A DNA stretch of 64,000 nt from Propionibacteriaceae bacterium (GTDB taxonomy: Bacteria; Actinomycetota; Actinomycetes; Propionibacteriales; Propionibacteriaceae). The notes beneath the pieces were generated by a model. It had not been told where the DNA came from. It was given only the letters and a program-made list of their open reading frames with translations, and made no database searches. The first letter of the stretch is position 1. Each line of letters opens with the position of its first letter. A program made the position numbers and the translations under genes. This document shows positions 8,118 through 17,694 of this stretch, in pieces. The stretch is taken from the NCBI GenBank assembly GCA_030537675.1, contig JAUNVL010000001.1:7656-71655 (forward strand), read 5' to 3'.

Positions 8118-10178
8118 CTACGGCGTGGGCAGTGCTTCCTCGGCATCCGGCGACGGGCCGGCGGGGTGGTGCCGTGACAGGAATTCGACGAGTGGAATCG
8201 GATCAGGGAGGTCGTCGAGGAGGGCGATGAGGTCGTCACGGTCCTCGGGGGACACTCGTTCGAGACCGCCGAAGAGCTGCATCGTCCCTCCAGCGGGTAC
8301 GACTCTGGCGCAGTACAGCCCGCCCAGCTCCACCTGTGTGCCGATGGTTGCCGTGCGTACCTCGTGGATGTCGCCGGTCCGGACGTCTCGAAGCGTGATT
8401 GATTCGCCTGGCTGGGTGCTGACGACTTCGTGTACGGATCGCTCGATGTGCAGCCACTCCTGGGCCATCGAGGCTTCGTCGGAGGGCAGCAGCTGGCCGC
8501 GCAGAGCCAGGAACTCCTGGAATGCCCCACCTTCGAACAACATGACGTCGCGGGCGAGCTCGTCCAAGAACGCTCGCTCCAGTGCGTCGGGATCATCCAC
8601 GTACCCGGAACGGGCATGGGCGACGTCCTCGAGCAGAGCAGCAGAGGGACCAGCCAGCAGGTCGGTGATCGCCTTCTGGTAGAGCCACGCGGCCCTGTCC
8701 TCCAGCGACAACTGTTCACGGTTGAGGTGGCATTGCTTGTACTTGCGTCCCGAGCCGCACCAGCAGGGGGCATTCCTGGCAAGTGCCGGGTGGGACGTGG
8801 TCTGAAAAGCCTCCAACATCTGCACGAGGGGCGCATCGGGCAGTGCTCCGGCGCGCCGCAACAAGGACAGTCCGCGCTCTGCGTCGCCTCGATCGCTGGC
8901 GAGACGGGCCAGCGATATCAGCGTCAGCGGCCACGAGGGATCCAGAGCCTCGGCGGCGCGGAAAGACTGTTCAGCGGACTCGATGTCCCCGACATGCTCG
9001 TGGGCCCTGCCCCGCAGCCAGAGCATCGCCGGACGAGCAGCGCGCGGTGCGACCTTCTCGAAGGTGTGGGTGAACACGTCCAGGGCAGTGGACGAGAAGC
9101 CGTCGGCGGAGCTCGCTTCCCACAGGAATGTCTCCACGACGATGGGCTCCTCGAAGTAGTCCAGGGCGTCGCGAGGGTCCATGAAGAGGCTGTCGTCGTC
9201 GAGGTCCGTGTCGCCCGTCACCGCTCGTGCGCGCTGCAGCAGATGGGGCAGCGGGGCCCCGCCATCGTCCCAGTCGGCCTCGTCCGAGCCATCGAAGATC
9301 GTTTCCACTTCGTCGCGGATCCGCTCGAACAAGACCATTGCCGTCAATACGGCCGCGCCCTCCTCAAGGTCCAGGTCGTGGCGGTTCATCATCGCCCCCA
9401 CGCGGCTGCTGGCCCTCCAGAGGTCGAAGTCGAACCCTGCCGGCGCCACCCACTCACCCTCCAGCACGAGTCCGATGGCGGGGAGGAGTTCTGACAGGGG
9501 TGCGATTGGCTCCCGGAAGGCGTCATTGCTCTTGTCGCAGGCCATCCACACCGCAACTGCGATCCTTTCCGGACGCTCCGGTTCCTGGCCCAGCCGTGCG
9601 GCGATCGAGGCAGCAGCCGTCGACTTCTTCACGGCGTCCACGGCACAGAGGTCGAACCCGGCTTCGGTGATACGAATCCCGACGAGGTCTCCCGCCTCCA
9701 CACCGCGCCCGGCCAGATGCCCGACGGGCAACAGCCACGCCTCGCCCTGTGTGAGAGCAGATGTTCCCAGCCCACGCTCTTCCAACAACTCGACGCCGGA
9801 CCAGGGCGTCACCGCCACGATGGGAGATGCGTCTACGAGCGTTTGGTAGGTGGCGCTCTCTGTCAGCATGGCGACAGCCGCCAGGTCTGGGCCGACTTCG
9901 AGGACGTCGTGGGTGACCTCCAGCGCACTCACCCGGTGCGTGAACACTCGGCCATCCAGGAAACTGGGGAGCCAGACGAGGCGGTCGTCAGCCAACGTCA
10001 CCACCAGTTCCTCGCCCCCGTCGAGAACCTCGAAGAGGCGGTCCTGCGCATCCTCACCCTGGAACTCGGCGCGCTCTGAGGCCAGGGCTGCGATGAGCTC
10101 GGCCGGAGCCATTGGTCCGCCGGATGACAGGAGGGTGCGGATCGCAGTCACGAGCGGCTCAACGGAGGAGTCAGACAT
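8118..10178 (-). CDS. SEC-C motif (CWCGSGRKYKQCH zinc-ribbon) domain protein with TPR-like helical segment, 686 aa
   Basis: ORF 8118..10445. I moved the start to ATG 10178 (MSDSSVEPL...) because the upstream extension overlaps the neighbouring gene 10318..10911. The SEC-C motif is encoded at 8727-8765. The TPR-like stretch is AEQSFRAAEALDPSWPLTLISLARLASDRGDAERGL. Confidence 0.8.
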   Translation of the reverse strand: MSDSSVEPLVTAIRTLLSSGGPMAPAELIAALASERAEFQGEDAQDRLFEVLDGGEELVVTLADDRLVWLPSFLDGRVFTHRVSALEVTHDVLEVGPDLAAVAMLTESATYQTLVDASPIVAVTPWSGVELLEERGLGTSALTQGEAWLLPVGHLAGRGVEAGDLVGIRITEAGFDLCAVDAVKKSTAAASIAARLGQEPERPERIAVAVWMACDKSNDAFREPIAPLSELLPAIGLVLEGEWVAPAGFDFDLWRASSRVGAMMNRHDLDLEEGAAVLTAMVLFERIRDEVETIFDGSDEADWDDGGAPLPHLLQRARAVTGDTDLDDDSLFMDPRDALDYFEEPIVVETFLWEASSADGFSSTALDVFTHTFEKVAPRAARPAMLWLRGRAHEHVGDIESAEQSFRAAEALDPSWPLTLISLARLASDRGDAERGLSLLRRAGALPDAPLVQMLEAFQTTSHPALARNAPCWCGSGRKYKQCHLNREQLSLEDRAAWLYQKAITDLLAGPSAALLEDVAHARSGYVDDPDALERAFLDELARDVMLFEGGAFQEFLALRGQLLPSDEASMAQEWLHIERSVHEVVSTQPGESITLRDVRTGDIHEVRTATIGTQVELGGLYCARVVPAGGTMQLFGGLERVSPEDRDDLIALLDDLPDPIPLVEFLSRHHPAGPSPDAEEALPTP

Positions 10179-10236
10179 GTCCGCGACACTACCGGCGCAG
10201 CGGTGGGTCGGCGACGTGCGGGGAGGCAGTCCATGG

Positions 10237-10264
10237 CCGGGAACTCCGTCGCTGGAGTTCCCGG
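10237..10264 (-). terminator. Hairpin terminator after the His-rich secreted protein gene
   Basis: CCGGGAACTCC (10237-10247) pairs perfectly with GGAGTTCCCGG (10254-10264) across a 6-nt loop. It lies 54 nt downstream of the stop at 10318. Confidence 0.5.
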
Positions 10265-10317
10265 GATGAAAAGGAGGACCGGTGGATGTTGACCGCAAGT
10301 CCTCGTCGTACTGCTCC

Positions 10318-10911
10318 TCAGCGGCGTCCGTGGCCACCGCGGTGGATGGAGACGATGCCTTCGTCAATCGCCTTCTGTACGACATCTGCCTCGCTCTGGG
10401 TGAGGGTGCCGTCGGTGACAGCCTGATCAAGGGCCGCCTTCTCACGGGCGGATGACGCAGAGCTTCGTTCCCTCTGCAATCCCTCCATGGCTTGTGTCAC
10501 CTCGGTTTCCTCGATGCCCAGCTCCTCAGCCAGCGCCTTGGCGAATGCAGCCCGGTGTGACTCCCTGGCCGCATGCCTTTCGGCCGGACTGGTGTGCTGA
10601 GGGCGGGCGTCCAGCGCTCGCTGGCGGACCACCGACACCGCATCGGACACATCCGATTCGGGCAGTCCCAGCGCACTGGCCAGCGCAGAGACGTCGAGAC
10701 CGCTGCCCTCGTGGCCTCGGTGCCCCGGGTCGGCATGGTGCCCTCGGTCCTCGTGGTGGCCTCTGGCCGGGGTGGTGTCGCCCGGCAGTGTGGACGAGGT
10801 GGCGCTGGGGGTTGGTGAGGGTGTGGGGGTCTCGGCCTGGGCGAACTGGGTCATGCCCAGACCCACCGCCAAGCTTGCCGCGGCAGCCCCTGCGATGAGT
10901 TTCTTGCGCAT
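10318..10911 (-). CDS. Secreted hypothetical protein with a His-rich tract and three helix-hairpin repeats
   Basis: Sec-type signal peptide MRKKLIAGAAAASLAVGLGMTQFAQA. A PT-rich linker follows, then the His cluster GHHEDRGHHADPGHRGHEG. Three similar segments follow (LASALGLPESDVSDAV / LAEELGIEETEVTQAM / TDGTLTQSEADVVQKAI). Confidence 0.7.
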   Translation of the reverse strand: MRKKLIAGAAAASLAVGLGMTQFAQAETPTPSPTPSATSSTLPGDTTPARGHHEDRGHHADPGHRGHEGSGLDVSALASALGLPESDVSDAVSVVRQRALDARPQHTSPAERHAARESHRAAFAKALAEELGIEETEVTQAMEGLQRERSSASSAREKAALDQAVTDGTLTQSEADVVQKAIDEGIVSIHRGGHGRR

Positions 10912-11072
10912 CGTTCTTCCTTCCGTGTGGTCTCCGGAAACTCCGGTGTTGACTCAAGCCTCGGGTACGCGGCTGTCAGGAGCCTGTGATGAAGCTGGCG
11001 AACGGCTGAGGGGAGCCCGACGGGACAAAGGTGCGCGTGATGGGAGCTGTGCCCAGAGGATGGAGTTCAGGG

Positions 11073-12422
11073 TCAGCCGAGCGACACCTCTGGCAGGCGG
11101 ATCGCCCCGATCACCCCGATGATTCCCAGCACCGCGAGGAATCCCAGCGCCCAGTCGACGCCCAGAGTGGCAAGCGCTGCGCTGACTCCACCGGTGATCA
11201 ACAGGATGACACCCATGGCGGAGTTGGAGACGGCGACGTACTCGGTGCGCTGGTCGCCCCTGGCCATGTCAACCACGTAGGTCTTGCGTCCCATCCGCAC
11301 GCCGGTGTGCACGAGGGTCACCAGGAAGTACGCCCCGACGAACAGGATGGCCCCGGCGGTGGTGTTGCCGTCGAGGAAGGAGAGCCGACTCACGACGATC
11401 ACGAGTACGAGGATGACCGACGCCACGGCTGCTCCCGCCGCCATGAGCGTGCGGCTGGAACGATCAGCGAAGCGGCCGAAGAGCGGTCCACCCACCAGCG
11501 ACGACACCCCCGAGGCGATGATGAACCCTCCCAGACCACCGAGTGCACCAGCGCCGGAGGACACCGCCTGCGACACGATGAACGGGGGGCTCAGCGAGCT
11601 GACCAGCAGGAGGCTGCGCACGATCACGAACCGGCGAAATGGCTGGTCATCCCGCAGGAGGGACACGCTCCTGGCGAACCAGCCGGCGGAACCGTCCTCT
11701 CCATGGGCGTTGTCCTTGGCCGCCTCCTCCGCTGCCGGGGAAGCGTGAGGGACGGGTTCCTGGATGGTGGCGTACACCCATGCAGCCAGCACCCACAGCA
11801 CGGCTCCACCGGCCAGCAACCATGCGATCTGTCCGGCGGACAGGTCACTTCCACCGAAGAGTCGCAGCGAAAGTCCGAGGGTGATGGCCACGATGCCCGA
11901 CGCCGTGGTGGAGAGTCCATTGATCTGGCCGCGTTCCCCCTTGGGCACGGTTCGGCCCTGGACATCCTTCGAGGAGATCGACGTCAGGCTGCGGCCGACG
12001 GAGAACACCGCCAACGCCAGGAGTATCAGCACGCCTGCCACCAGGCCGCTGCCGATGGCAGCGACCAATGACATGCACGCCACGGAAACCGCCTGGACGA
12101 GCGCGCCGGTGACGAACACCCATTTGCGCTGCCGCACCCGCATCACGATGGGCGTCAGAGCCGCCTGGGGGAGCATGGAGCCGGATTCCCGAATGGGAAC
12201 GAGCAAGCCTGTCAGCGCAGCGGGAACGCCCAGTGCGTGGAAGAGCCACGGCAGGACGGTGGAGGCATTGACGCACTGGTCGCCCGAGGACTGCAGCGCC
12301 GTCGCTCCCACCAGACGCAGGGCGTTGCCGGGGACGTTGCGCTGGACTTCGTCGGGCAGTTCCTCCACAGCTTCGGGATCGCGTCTCATGAGCGCTTCGT
12401 AGACGCGCTGGCCGGTCTTCAT
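11073..12422 (-). CDS. MFS transporter (substrate unknown; not sugar-porter-like)
   Basis: 449 aa with about 12 predicted hydrophobic spans and a ~40-aa cytoplasmic N-terminal extension. ATG at 12422. Confidence 0.8.
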   Translation of the reverse strand: MKTGQRVYEALMRRDPEAVEELPDEVQRNVPGNALRLVGATALQSSGDQCVNASTVLPWLFHALGVPAALTGLLVPIRESGSMLPQAALTPIVMRVRQRKWVFVTGALVQAVSVACMSLVAAIGSGLVAGVLILLALAVFSVGRSLTSISSKDVQGRTVPKGERGQINGLSTTASGIVAITLGLSLRLFGGSDLSAGQIAWLLAGGAVLWVLAAWVYATIQEPVPHASPAAEEAAKDNAHGEDGSAGWFARSVSLLRDDQPFRRFVIVRSLLLVSSLSPPFIVSQAVSSGAGALGGLGGFIIASGVSSLVGGPLFGRFADRSSRTLMAAGAAVASVILVLVIVVSRLSFLDGNTTAGAILFVGAYFLVTLVHTGVRMGRKTYVVDMARGDQRTEYVAVSNSAMGVILLITGGVSAALATLGVDWALGFLAVLGIIGVIGAIRLPEVSLG

Positions 12423-12488
12423 GCCCTGACCCTAGCCGCGCTGACTCAGCATTCATGACGTGGACTGCGTGGGCAGGCGTCGCTTGGT

Positions 12489-13091
12489 TCAGGCCAGCGC
12501 GGAGGGCCGGTTCGTTGTGGAGCGTCTCCACTGGATGAGAGTCACGATGGCCAGGACGAGGCTGATGATCACGAAACCGACGCCGGCTCCAATTGCAGGG
12601 AGCACCACGAGTGCGCCAACGAGGCCACATGTGAAACCCAGGACGAGGCTCGCGGCCCCGGACATACGACGCTGCAACGCCGGGGCCAACGCCGTGGACG
12701 CAGCCGCGCCGCTCAGGACGAGATACGCCGCCGCTCCACCCCGGAGGAAGCCGACGGGGACGAGTTGGTCATCCGGGAGTGTGAAGCACCAGAGCAGGAA
12801 GGACAATGCCAGCGCGGCGCACATCGCGAGAGCGATCACGAGCGACCAGCGCGGACGCCACCGACCCCGCACGGCTGCCACCAGAGACGAGACGGTGAGA
12901 ACCATGAGCAGTGGAGGGACAAAGAGCCAGACCACAAACCCCTGGGCTGACCCGAAGACCAGGGCCTGCCACATCCCGAGGAGGGTAATCACAGCTGCGG
13001 CCAGGCTGGTCGCCAGAGGCATCCAGAATCGGGGACTCCCGTCGAGCGCCGTGGCTGTCATGAGCACAGTGTGTCCCAGGGCGTGGTCCAT
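12489..13091 (-). CDS. Small polytopic membrane protein, hypothetical
   Basis: ORF 12489..13136 with 5-6 hydrophobic helices. The longest start would overlap the divergent AKR gene start, so I prefer ATG 13091 (MDHALGH...). The start is uncertain. Confidence 0.5.
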   Translation of the reverse strand: MDHALGHTVLMTATALDGSPRFWMPLATSLAAAVITLLGMWQALVFGSAQGFVVWLFVPPLLMVLTVSSLVAAVRGRWRPRWSLVIALAMCAALALSFLLWCFTLPDDQLVPVGFLRGGAAAYLVLSGAAASTALAPALQRRMSGAASLVLGFTCGLVGALVVLPAIGAGVGFVIISLVLAIVTLIQWRRSTTNRPSALA

Positions 13092-13113
13092 CGCGGACGT
13101 AGTCTTGTGAGTC

Positions 13114-13998
13114 ATGACGAAGTCAACGCGTTCCATTGGTCAGTTCCGTGTCTCCCCGATAGGTCTCGGCGCCATGCCGTCCTCGATGAGCCGGGGAGAA
13201 CTGCCCTCCGAGGAACAGGCAATCGACACGATCCACGCCGCCCTCGAATCTGGCATCACCCTCATCGACACCGCAGACATCTACGCGCCGAGCTGGGACC
13301 AGATGGGTCACAACGAAAGACTCGTGGCCAAGGCGCTGAAGGCCTACGGTGGCCGACCCGACGACGTCGTCATCGCCACCAAGGGGGGCATCACGCGCAG
13401 CCCTGACGGGGAGGGCCGCAACGGCTCGCCAGAGTACTTGCGCTCCGCCGTGCAGAAGTCGCTCGACGCACTGCAGGTGGACGTCATCGACCTCTACTAC
13501 TGGCACCGCCCCGACCGTCACTGCCTCTACTCCGACGTCATCGAAACCTTCGCAGAGCTGCAGCGCGAGGGCCTCATCAAGGAGGTCGGGATCTCCAACG
13601 CGAACGTTGAGGAGATTCGGGTGGCCATCGATGTCCTCGGCGATGGCGGACTGGCGGCGGTGCAGAACGAGTTCTCCCCGAAGTTCCATCACACCAGCAA
13701 GCCCGAGATGGATTACTGCGGTGAACGGGGCATCGCGTTCCTGCCGTGGTCGCCGCTCGGCGGCACTGGCGGCAACGCCAAGAAGGTGGGGGAGAGCTAC
13801 CCCGCCATCGCGGAAGTGGCCGAAGCGCACGGCGTGAGCCCGCAGCAGGTCACGCTGGCCTGGGAACTGTCGCTCGGCGGCCACGTGATCCCGATCCCCG
13901 GGGCCTCGCGCCCGGAATCGATCCGCGATTCGGCTCTGGCAATGGAGCTGGAACTGTCGGCCGACGATCTGTCCAGCATCACCGACGCCATTCTGTAG
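13114..13998 (+). CDS. Aldo/keto reductase (IolS-like position next to iol genes)
   Basis: 294 aa. AKR hallmarks are IGLGAM at the N-terminus, DTADIY, YYWHRPD and GISN. It is adjacent to iolG. Confidence 0.85.
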   Translation: MTKSTRSIGQFRVSPIGLGAMPSSMSRGELPSEEQAIDTIHAALESGITLIDTADIYAPSWDQMGHNERLVAKALKAYGGRPDDVVIATKGGITRSPDGEGRNGSPEYLRSAVQKSLDALQVDVIDLYYWHRPDRHCLYSDVIETFAELQREGLIKEVGISNANVEEIRVAIDVLGDGGLAAVQNEFSPKFHHTSKPEMDYCGERGIAFLPWSPLGGTGGNAKKVGESYPAIAEVAEAHGVSPQQVTLAWELSLGGHVIPIPGASRPESIRDSALAMELELSADDLSSITDAIL

Positions 13999-14019
13999 GC
14001 CTTCTGGGGGTGAGTCCGG

Positions 14020-15003
14020 CTACAGCCGGACGATCCGTCCCTCGTGGGCGCTGATGGTCGCTGCATCGGCGAGCCTCAGCGCCTCATAGCCGTCACGCAG
14101 TGACGGCGACATCGGCGCACCATCGGCGATCGAGGTGAGGAAGGCGTCGAGTTCGCGGCGGTACGCGTCGATGTAGCGATCCAGGAAGAAGTCCATGATC
14201 CGTGGCTTGGCCTGTGTCTGGCTGCTGGTGGCGGCGCGCACGGCTGTCGCGGTCAGGTTGTCGGCGCTGAGGGAGCCCTGAGAACCGAACGCCTCCAGCC
14301 GCTGGTCGTAGCCGAACGCGCAGGTGCGCGAATTGATGATCGACGCCATCCTTCCGTCCACTGACGTGAGGGTGACCATGGCCTGGTCGAAGTCCCCTTG
14401 CGCCCGGATGGTCTCGTCGACGTTCGTGCCGACGGCCACCACCTCGGCGATGTCGCCGAGGAAGAACCGGACCATGTCGAAGTCGTGAATGGTCATGTCC
14501 TTGAAGATGCCGCCGGAGCCGGCGACGTATTCGGCTGAGGGGGCGAAGGGGTCGCGAGAGATCACGGTCAGTTGGTGCAGGTCGCCGATCTCGCCGTCGG
14601 CAACTCGACGATGGATCTCGCTGAAGGTGGGGTCGAAGCGTCGGTTGAAGCCCAGCATCACGTCGGTGTTGTCGCCGAGTTCGTTGAGGCAACGCTCGGC
14701 ATCGGCCAGTTCGAGCGCGACGGGTTTCTCACACAGCACCTTCTTGCCGGCGGAGACGGCCTCCAGTATGTGTTCCACGTGAAACCGGGTGGGGGAGCCG
14801 ATGATGACCGCATCCACGTCGGCGGAGGCGAAGACCTCGTGGGGTTCCAGGCACCAGGCCACGCCATGAGACCCGGCCAGGTCGCGGGCACTGGCTTCCA
14901 GTGGATCGCACACCAGGACCAGCCGCGCCTGCGGGTGCGCGAGAACAGTACTGGCGTGCACCCGCCCGATGCGCCCGGCTCCAATGATGGCGATACGGGT
15001 CAT
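14020..15003 (-). CDS. iolG: Gfo/Idh/MocA-family NAD-dependent oxidoreductase, probable myo-inositol 2-dehydrogenase
   Basis: ORF 14020..15078. ATG 15003 gives MTRIAIIGAGRIGRVH (Rossmann GxGxxG) and EKP is present. The gene is divergent from the iolE-like gene and lies in the iol neighbourhood. Substrate assignment is by context only. Confidence 0.75.
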   Translation of the reverse strand: MTRIAIIGAGRIGRVHASTVLAHPQARLVLVCDPLEASARDLAGSHGVAWCLEPHEVFASADVDAVIIGSPTRFHVEHILEAVSAGKKVLCEKPVALELADAERCLNELGDNTDVMLGFNRRFDPTFSEIHRRVADGEIGDLHQLTVISRDPFAPSAEYVAGSGGIFKDMTIHDFDMVRFFLGDIAEVVAVGTNVDETIRAQGDFDQAMVTLTSVDGRMASIINSRTCAFGYDQRLEAFGSQGSLSADNLTATAVRAATSSQTQAKPRIMDFFLDRYIDAYRRELDAFLTSIADGAPMSPSLRDGYEALRLADAATISAHEGRIVRL

Positions 15004-15205
15004 GTCGTGTCTCTCTGGCGATGATGGGTTGAGTTCTTCCCGAGGGGTCGTGTCCCGGTCATCATGACATATGTGCACACAAAAAAAGTGCGCTGGACAG
15101 GTCAGAGAGTCGAACCGATTGTCGTGAGGTCCCGCCCTTTGCTAGTACAAACGACGCAATGTTAGCCTTGCGATGAAGTCAGAGACGACGATCCTTGGAG
15201 CACAG

Positions 15206-16066
15206 ATGAAGATTGCCGGAGCGCCCATCAGCTGGGGAGTCTGCGAAGTCCCGGGCTGGGGACACCAGATGGCTCCTGAGCGCGTCCTCTCGGAGATGGC
15301 GGAGATCGGGCTGACCGCGACCGAGTTCGGCCCGCAGGGGTGGCTGCCCATCGACCCCCAGGAGCGCGCCGCGATGGTGGCCAAGTTCGGACTTCAACCC
15401 GTCGGAGCCTTCTTCCTCGCCGTCATGCACGATCCCGACGTCGACCCCTTGCCCCAGGTGGAGGCTGAACTCCGCGCGTTTGAGGCGGCGGGCGGTGAGT
15501 TCCTCGTGCTGGCGGCCGACTCGGGCCGCGACGGCTACGACGACCGTCCCGTCCTGGACGAAACCGGCTGGCGGACCCTGTTCACGAACATGTCCCGTAT
15601 CCGCGAAGTCTGTGCGGCCAAGGGGGTGACCGCCTGCCTCCACCCGCACTGGGGAACGATGGTGCAGAACGTCGACGAGGTCACAAGGGTGTTGGACAAC
15701 TCCACCGTGGGGCTGTGCCTGGACACTGGACACCTCGCATGCGGCGGCGCCGACGTGGTGGAACTGGTGAGCAGCTACGCCGACCGCGTGGACATCGTCC
15801 ACGCGAAGGACATCCGGAGATCCATCACGGAGAAGTTGCTCCCGGGCGAGCTCACGTGGAGTCAGGGAATCAAGGCAGGAATGTTCACCCCCATAGGCCG
15901 GGGCGACATCGACTTTGCGGCCATCGTGGCACTGCTGGATGACGCAGGATTCAATGGCTACTGGGTTCTTGAGCAGGACGTCATGCTCGACGTCGAGCCG
16001 CCCGCAGGCGGGGGACCCATCAACAACGCCAGGGCATCGCTCGAGGCACTCACCGCGCTGGCCTGA
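15206..16066 (+). CDS. iolE: Xylose-isomerase-like TIM-barrel protein, probable inosose dehydratase
   Basis: ORF 15173..16066. ATG 15206 has GGAG 5 nt upstream. The N-terminus MKIAGAPISWGV resembles the IolE N-terminal W-G motif. It lies between iolG and iolA. Confidence 0.65.
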   Translation: MKIAGAPISWGVCEVPGWGHQMAPERVLSEMAEIGLTATEFGPQGWLPIDPQERAAMVAKFGLQPVGAFFLAVMHDPDVDPLPQVEAELRAFEAAGGEFLVLAADSGRDGYDDRPVLDETGWRTLFTNMSRIREVCAAKGVTACLHPHWGTMVQNVDEVTRVLDNSTVGLCLDTGHLACGGADVVELVSSYADRVDIVHAKDIRRSITEKLLPGELTWSQGIKAGMFTPIGRGDIDFAAIVALLDDAGFNGYWVLEQDVMLDVEPPAGGGPINNARASLEALTALA

Positions 16067-16162
16067 CTCCCACCACACGACGCAAGGACCCATGGAACAT
16101 GCGCATCACATGATCTCCTGTGGACCTGAACAGCTCTTTTGCAGACACGATTGGACAACACC

Positions 16163-17668
16163 ATGAGCATGACGAAGACCATCAGCCACTGGATTGGCGG
16201 CGCGCCCCACGAGGGCAGCCCGACGCACAGAATCCCTGTGGAGAATCCGGCCACCGGGGAGGTGGAGGGCGAATTGTTGGCGGCCAGCGTGGCCGACGTC
16301 GATCATGCAGTGAAGGTGGCACGCGAGGCGCAGAAGGCTTGGCAGAAGACGTCGCTGGCGCAGCGGACGGCCGTCATGTTCAGGATGCGCGAACTCGTGC
16401 TGGCCAATTCCGATGAACTGGCCAGGGCGATCGTCGCCGAGCACGGCAAGGATTACAACGACGCGGTCGGCGAAATTCAGCGTGGCCGCGAGACCCTCGA
16501 TTTCGCCTGCGGGATCAACGCAGCTCTCACAGGGGATCACTCCGTCGACGTCTCCACCGGCGTCGACATCCATTCCATCCGCCAACCCGTGGGGGTGGTG
16601 GCCGGGGTGTGTCCGTTCAATTTCCCCGTCATGGTGCCCATGTGGATGCACCCCGTGGCCATCGCCACGGGCAACGCCTTCATCCTGAAGCCCGCCACCC
16701 CAACACCCACGGCATCGCTGGTGGTGGCGAGGCTCTACAAGGAGGCTGGGCTGCCCGACGGCGTGTTCAACGTGGTGGCGGGAGACGTGGAGGTGGTCAC
16801 GGCGCTCATCGAACACCCCGGGGTCGACGCCATCTCCTTCGTCGGATCCACGCCGGTGGCGCGCATCGTCCAGGAGAAGGGCATCGCCAGCGGCAAACGG
16901 GTGCAGGCGCTGGGCGGGGCGAACAACCACGCCATCGTCATGCCCGACTGTGACCTCGAGTTCGCCGCCCAGCACATCTCGGCGGCCGCGTTCGGCGCAG
17001 CCGGAGAGCGCTGCATGGCGCTGCCCGTGGTGGTCGCCGTCGGTGGCGTGGGACCCCGGCTCGCAGAGCTCGTCAAGGAACACGCCGTGAACATCAAGGT
17101 GGGCAACGGCATGGACGAGGGCGTGCAGATGGGTCCCGTCATCTCCCGGGCTGCCAAGGAGCGCATCGTCGGTCTCATCGACGACGCCGAGAAGCGAGGG
17201 GCGACCGTGGTGATGGATGGTCGCGGCCAGACGGTCGACGGCCATGCCGACGGGTTCTGGCTCGGGCCCACCATTCTTGACGACGTGTCGCTGGATGCGC
17301 CCGCCTACAAGCAGGAGATCTTTGGTCCCGCTCTGACGGTGGTGCACGCCGACAGCTACGCCGAGGCCATCGAGATCGTCAACGCCTCCGAGTTCGGCAA
17401 CGGCGCAGCAATCTTCACCAACGACGGCGGGGTGGCTCGCGCCTTCCAGTTGGACGTGGAAGCCGGCATGGTGGGCATCAACGTCCCCATCCCGACCCCG
17501 GTCGCCTACTACTCCTTCGGTGGCTGGAAGGGCTCCCTCATGGGAGACACCCACATCCACGGTCCCGAGGGCGTCAGGTTCTACACACGACTGAAGGCGG
17601 TCACGTCACGTTGGCCGTCTGAATCAGGCGCCTACGCTGCGACGATGTCGTTCCAGCGCGAGGAGTAA
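16163..17668 (+). CDS. iolA: CoA-acylating methylmalonate/malonate-semialdehyde dehydrogenase
   Basis: Aldehyde dehydrogenase fold with FNFPVMVPMW, the catalytic-Cys region GERCMAL and EIFGP. The length of ~500 aa is typical of MmsA/IolA. Start options are ATG 16163 or 16169; the track ORF begins at TTG 16139. Confidence 0.9.
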   Translation: MSMTKTISHWIGGAPHEGSPTHRIPVENPATGEVEGELLAASVADVDHAVKVAREAQKAWQKTSLAQRTAVMFRMRELVLANSDELARAIVAEHGKDYNDAVGEIQRGRETLDFACGINAALTGDHSVDVSTGVDIHSIRQPVGVVAGVCPFNFPVMVPMWMHPVAIATGNAFILKPATPTPTASLVVARLYKEAGLPDGVFNVVAGDVEVVTALIEHPGVDAISFVGSTPVARIVQEKGIASGKRVQALGGANNHAIVMPDCDLEFAAQHISAAAFGAAGERCMALPVVVAVGGVGPRLAELVKEHAVNIKVGNGMDEGVQMGPVISRAAKERIVGLIDDAEKRGATVVMDGRGQTVDGHADGFWLGPTILDDVSLDAPAYKQEIFGPALTVVHADSYAEAIEIVNASEFGNGAAIFTNDGGVARAFQLDVEAGMVGINVPIPTPVAYYSFGGWKGSLMGDTHIHGPEGVRFYTRLKAVTSRWPSESGAYAATMSFQREE

Positions 17669-17694
17669 CACTCTCTGACGAGAACACGCTGGGC

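Noticed and set aside
13091-13136. Divergent genes whose candidate start codons overlap (CATG at 13113-13116) between the small membrane protein and the AKR gene.
   Set aside because: This is more likely a start-codon mis-assignment of the minus-strand ORF. A downstream ATG at 13091 removes the overlap.
3994-13140. Mobile-element borders (direct repeats, integrase, tRNA) around the block that interrupts the iol locus.
   Set aside because: By-eye comparison of both borders gave only a trivial shared 8-mer (GGTTCAGG). No recombinase gene is present, so I cannot call a mobile element.
15100-15125. tRNA-like T-loop string (reverse complement GGTTCGACTCT) in the iolG/iolE intergenic region.
   Set aside because: The flanking bases cannot form a T-stem, acceptor stem or anticodon arm, so I could not fold a cloverleaf. 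It is most likely a chance match.
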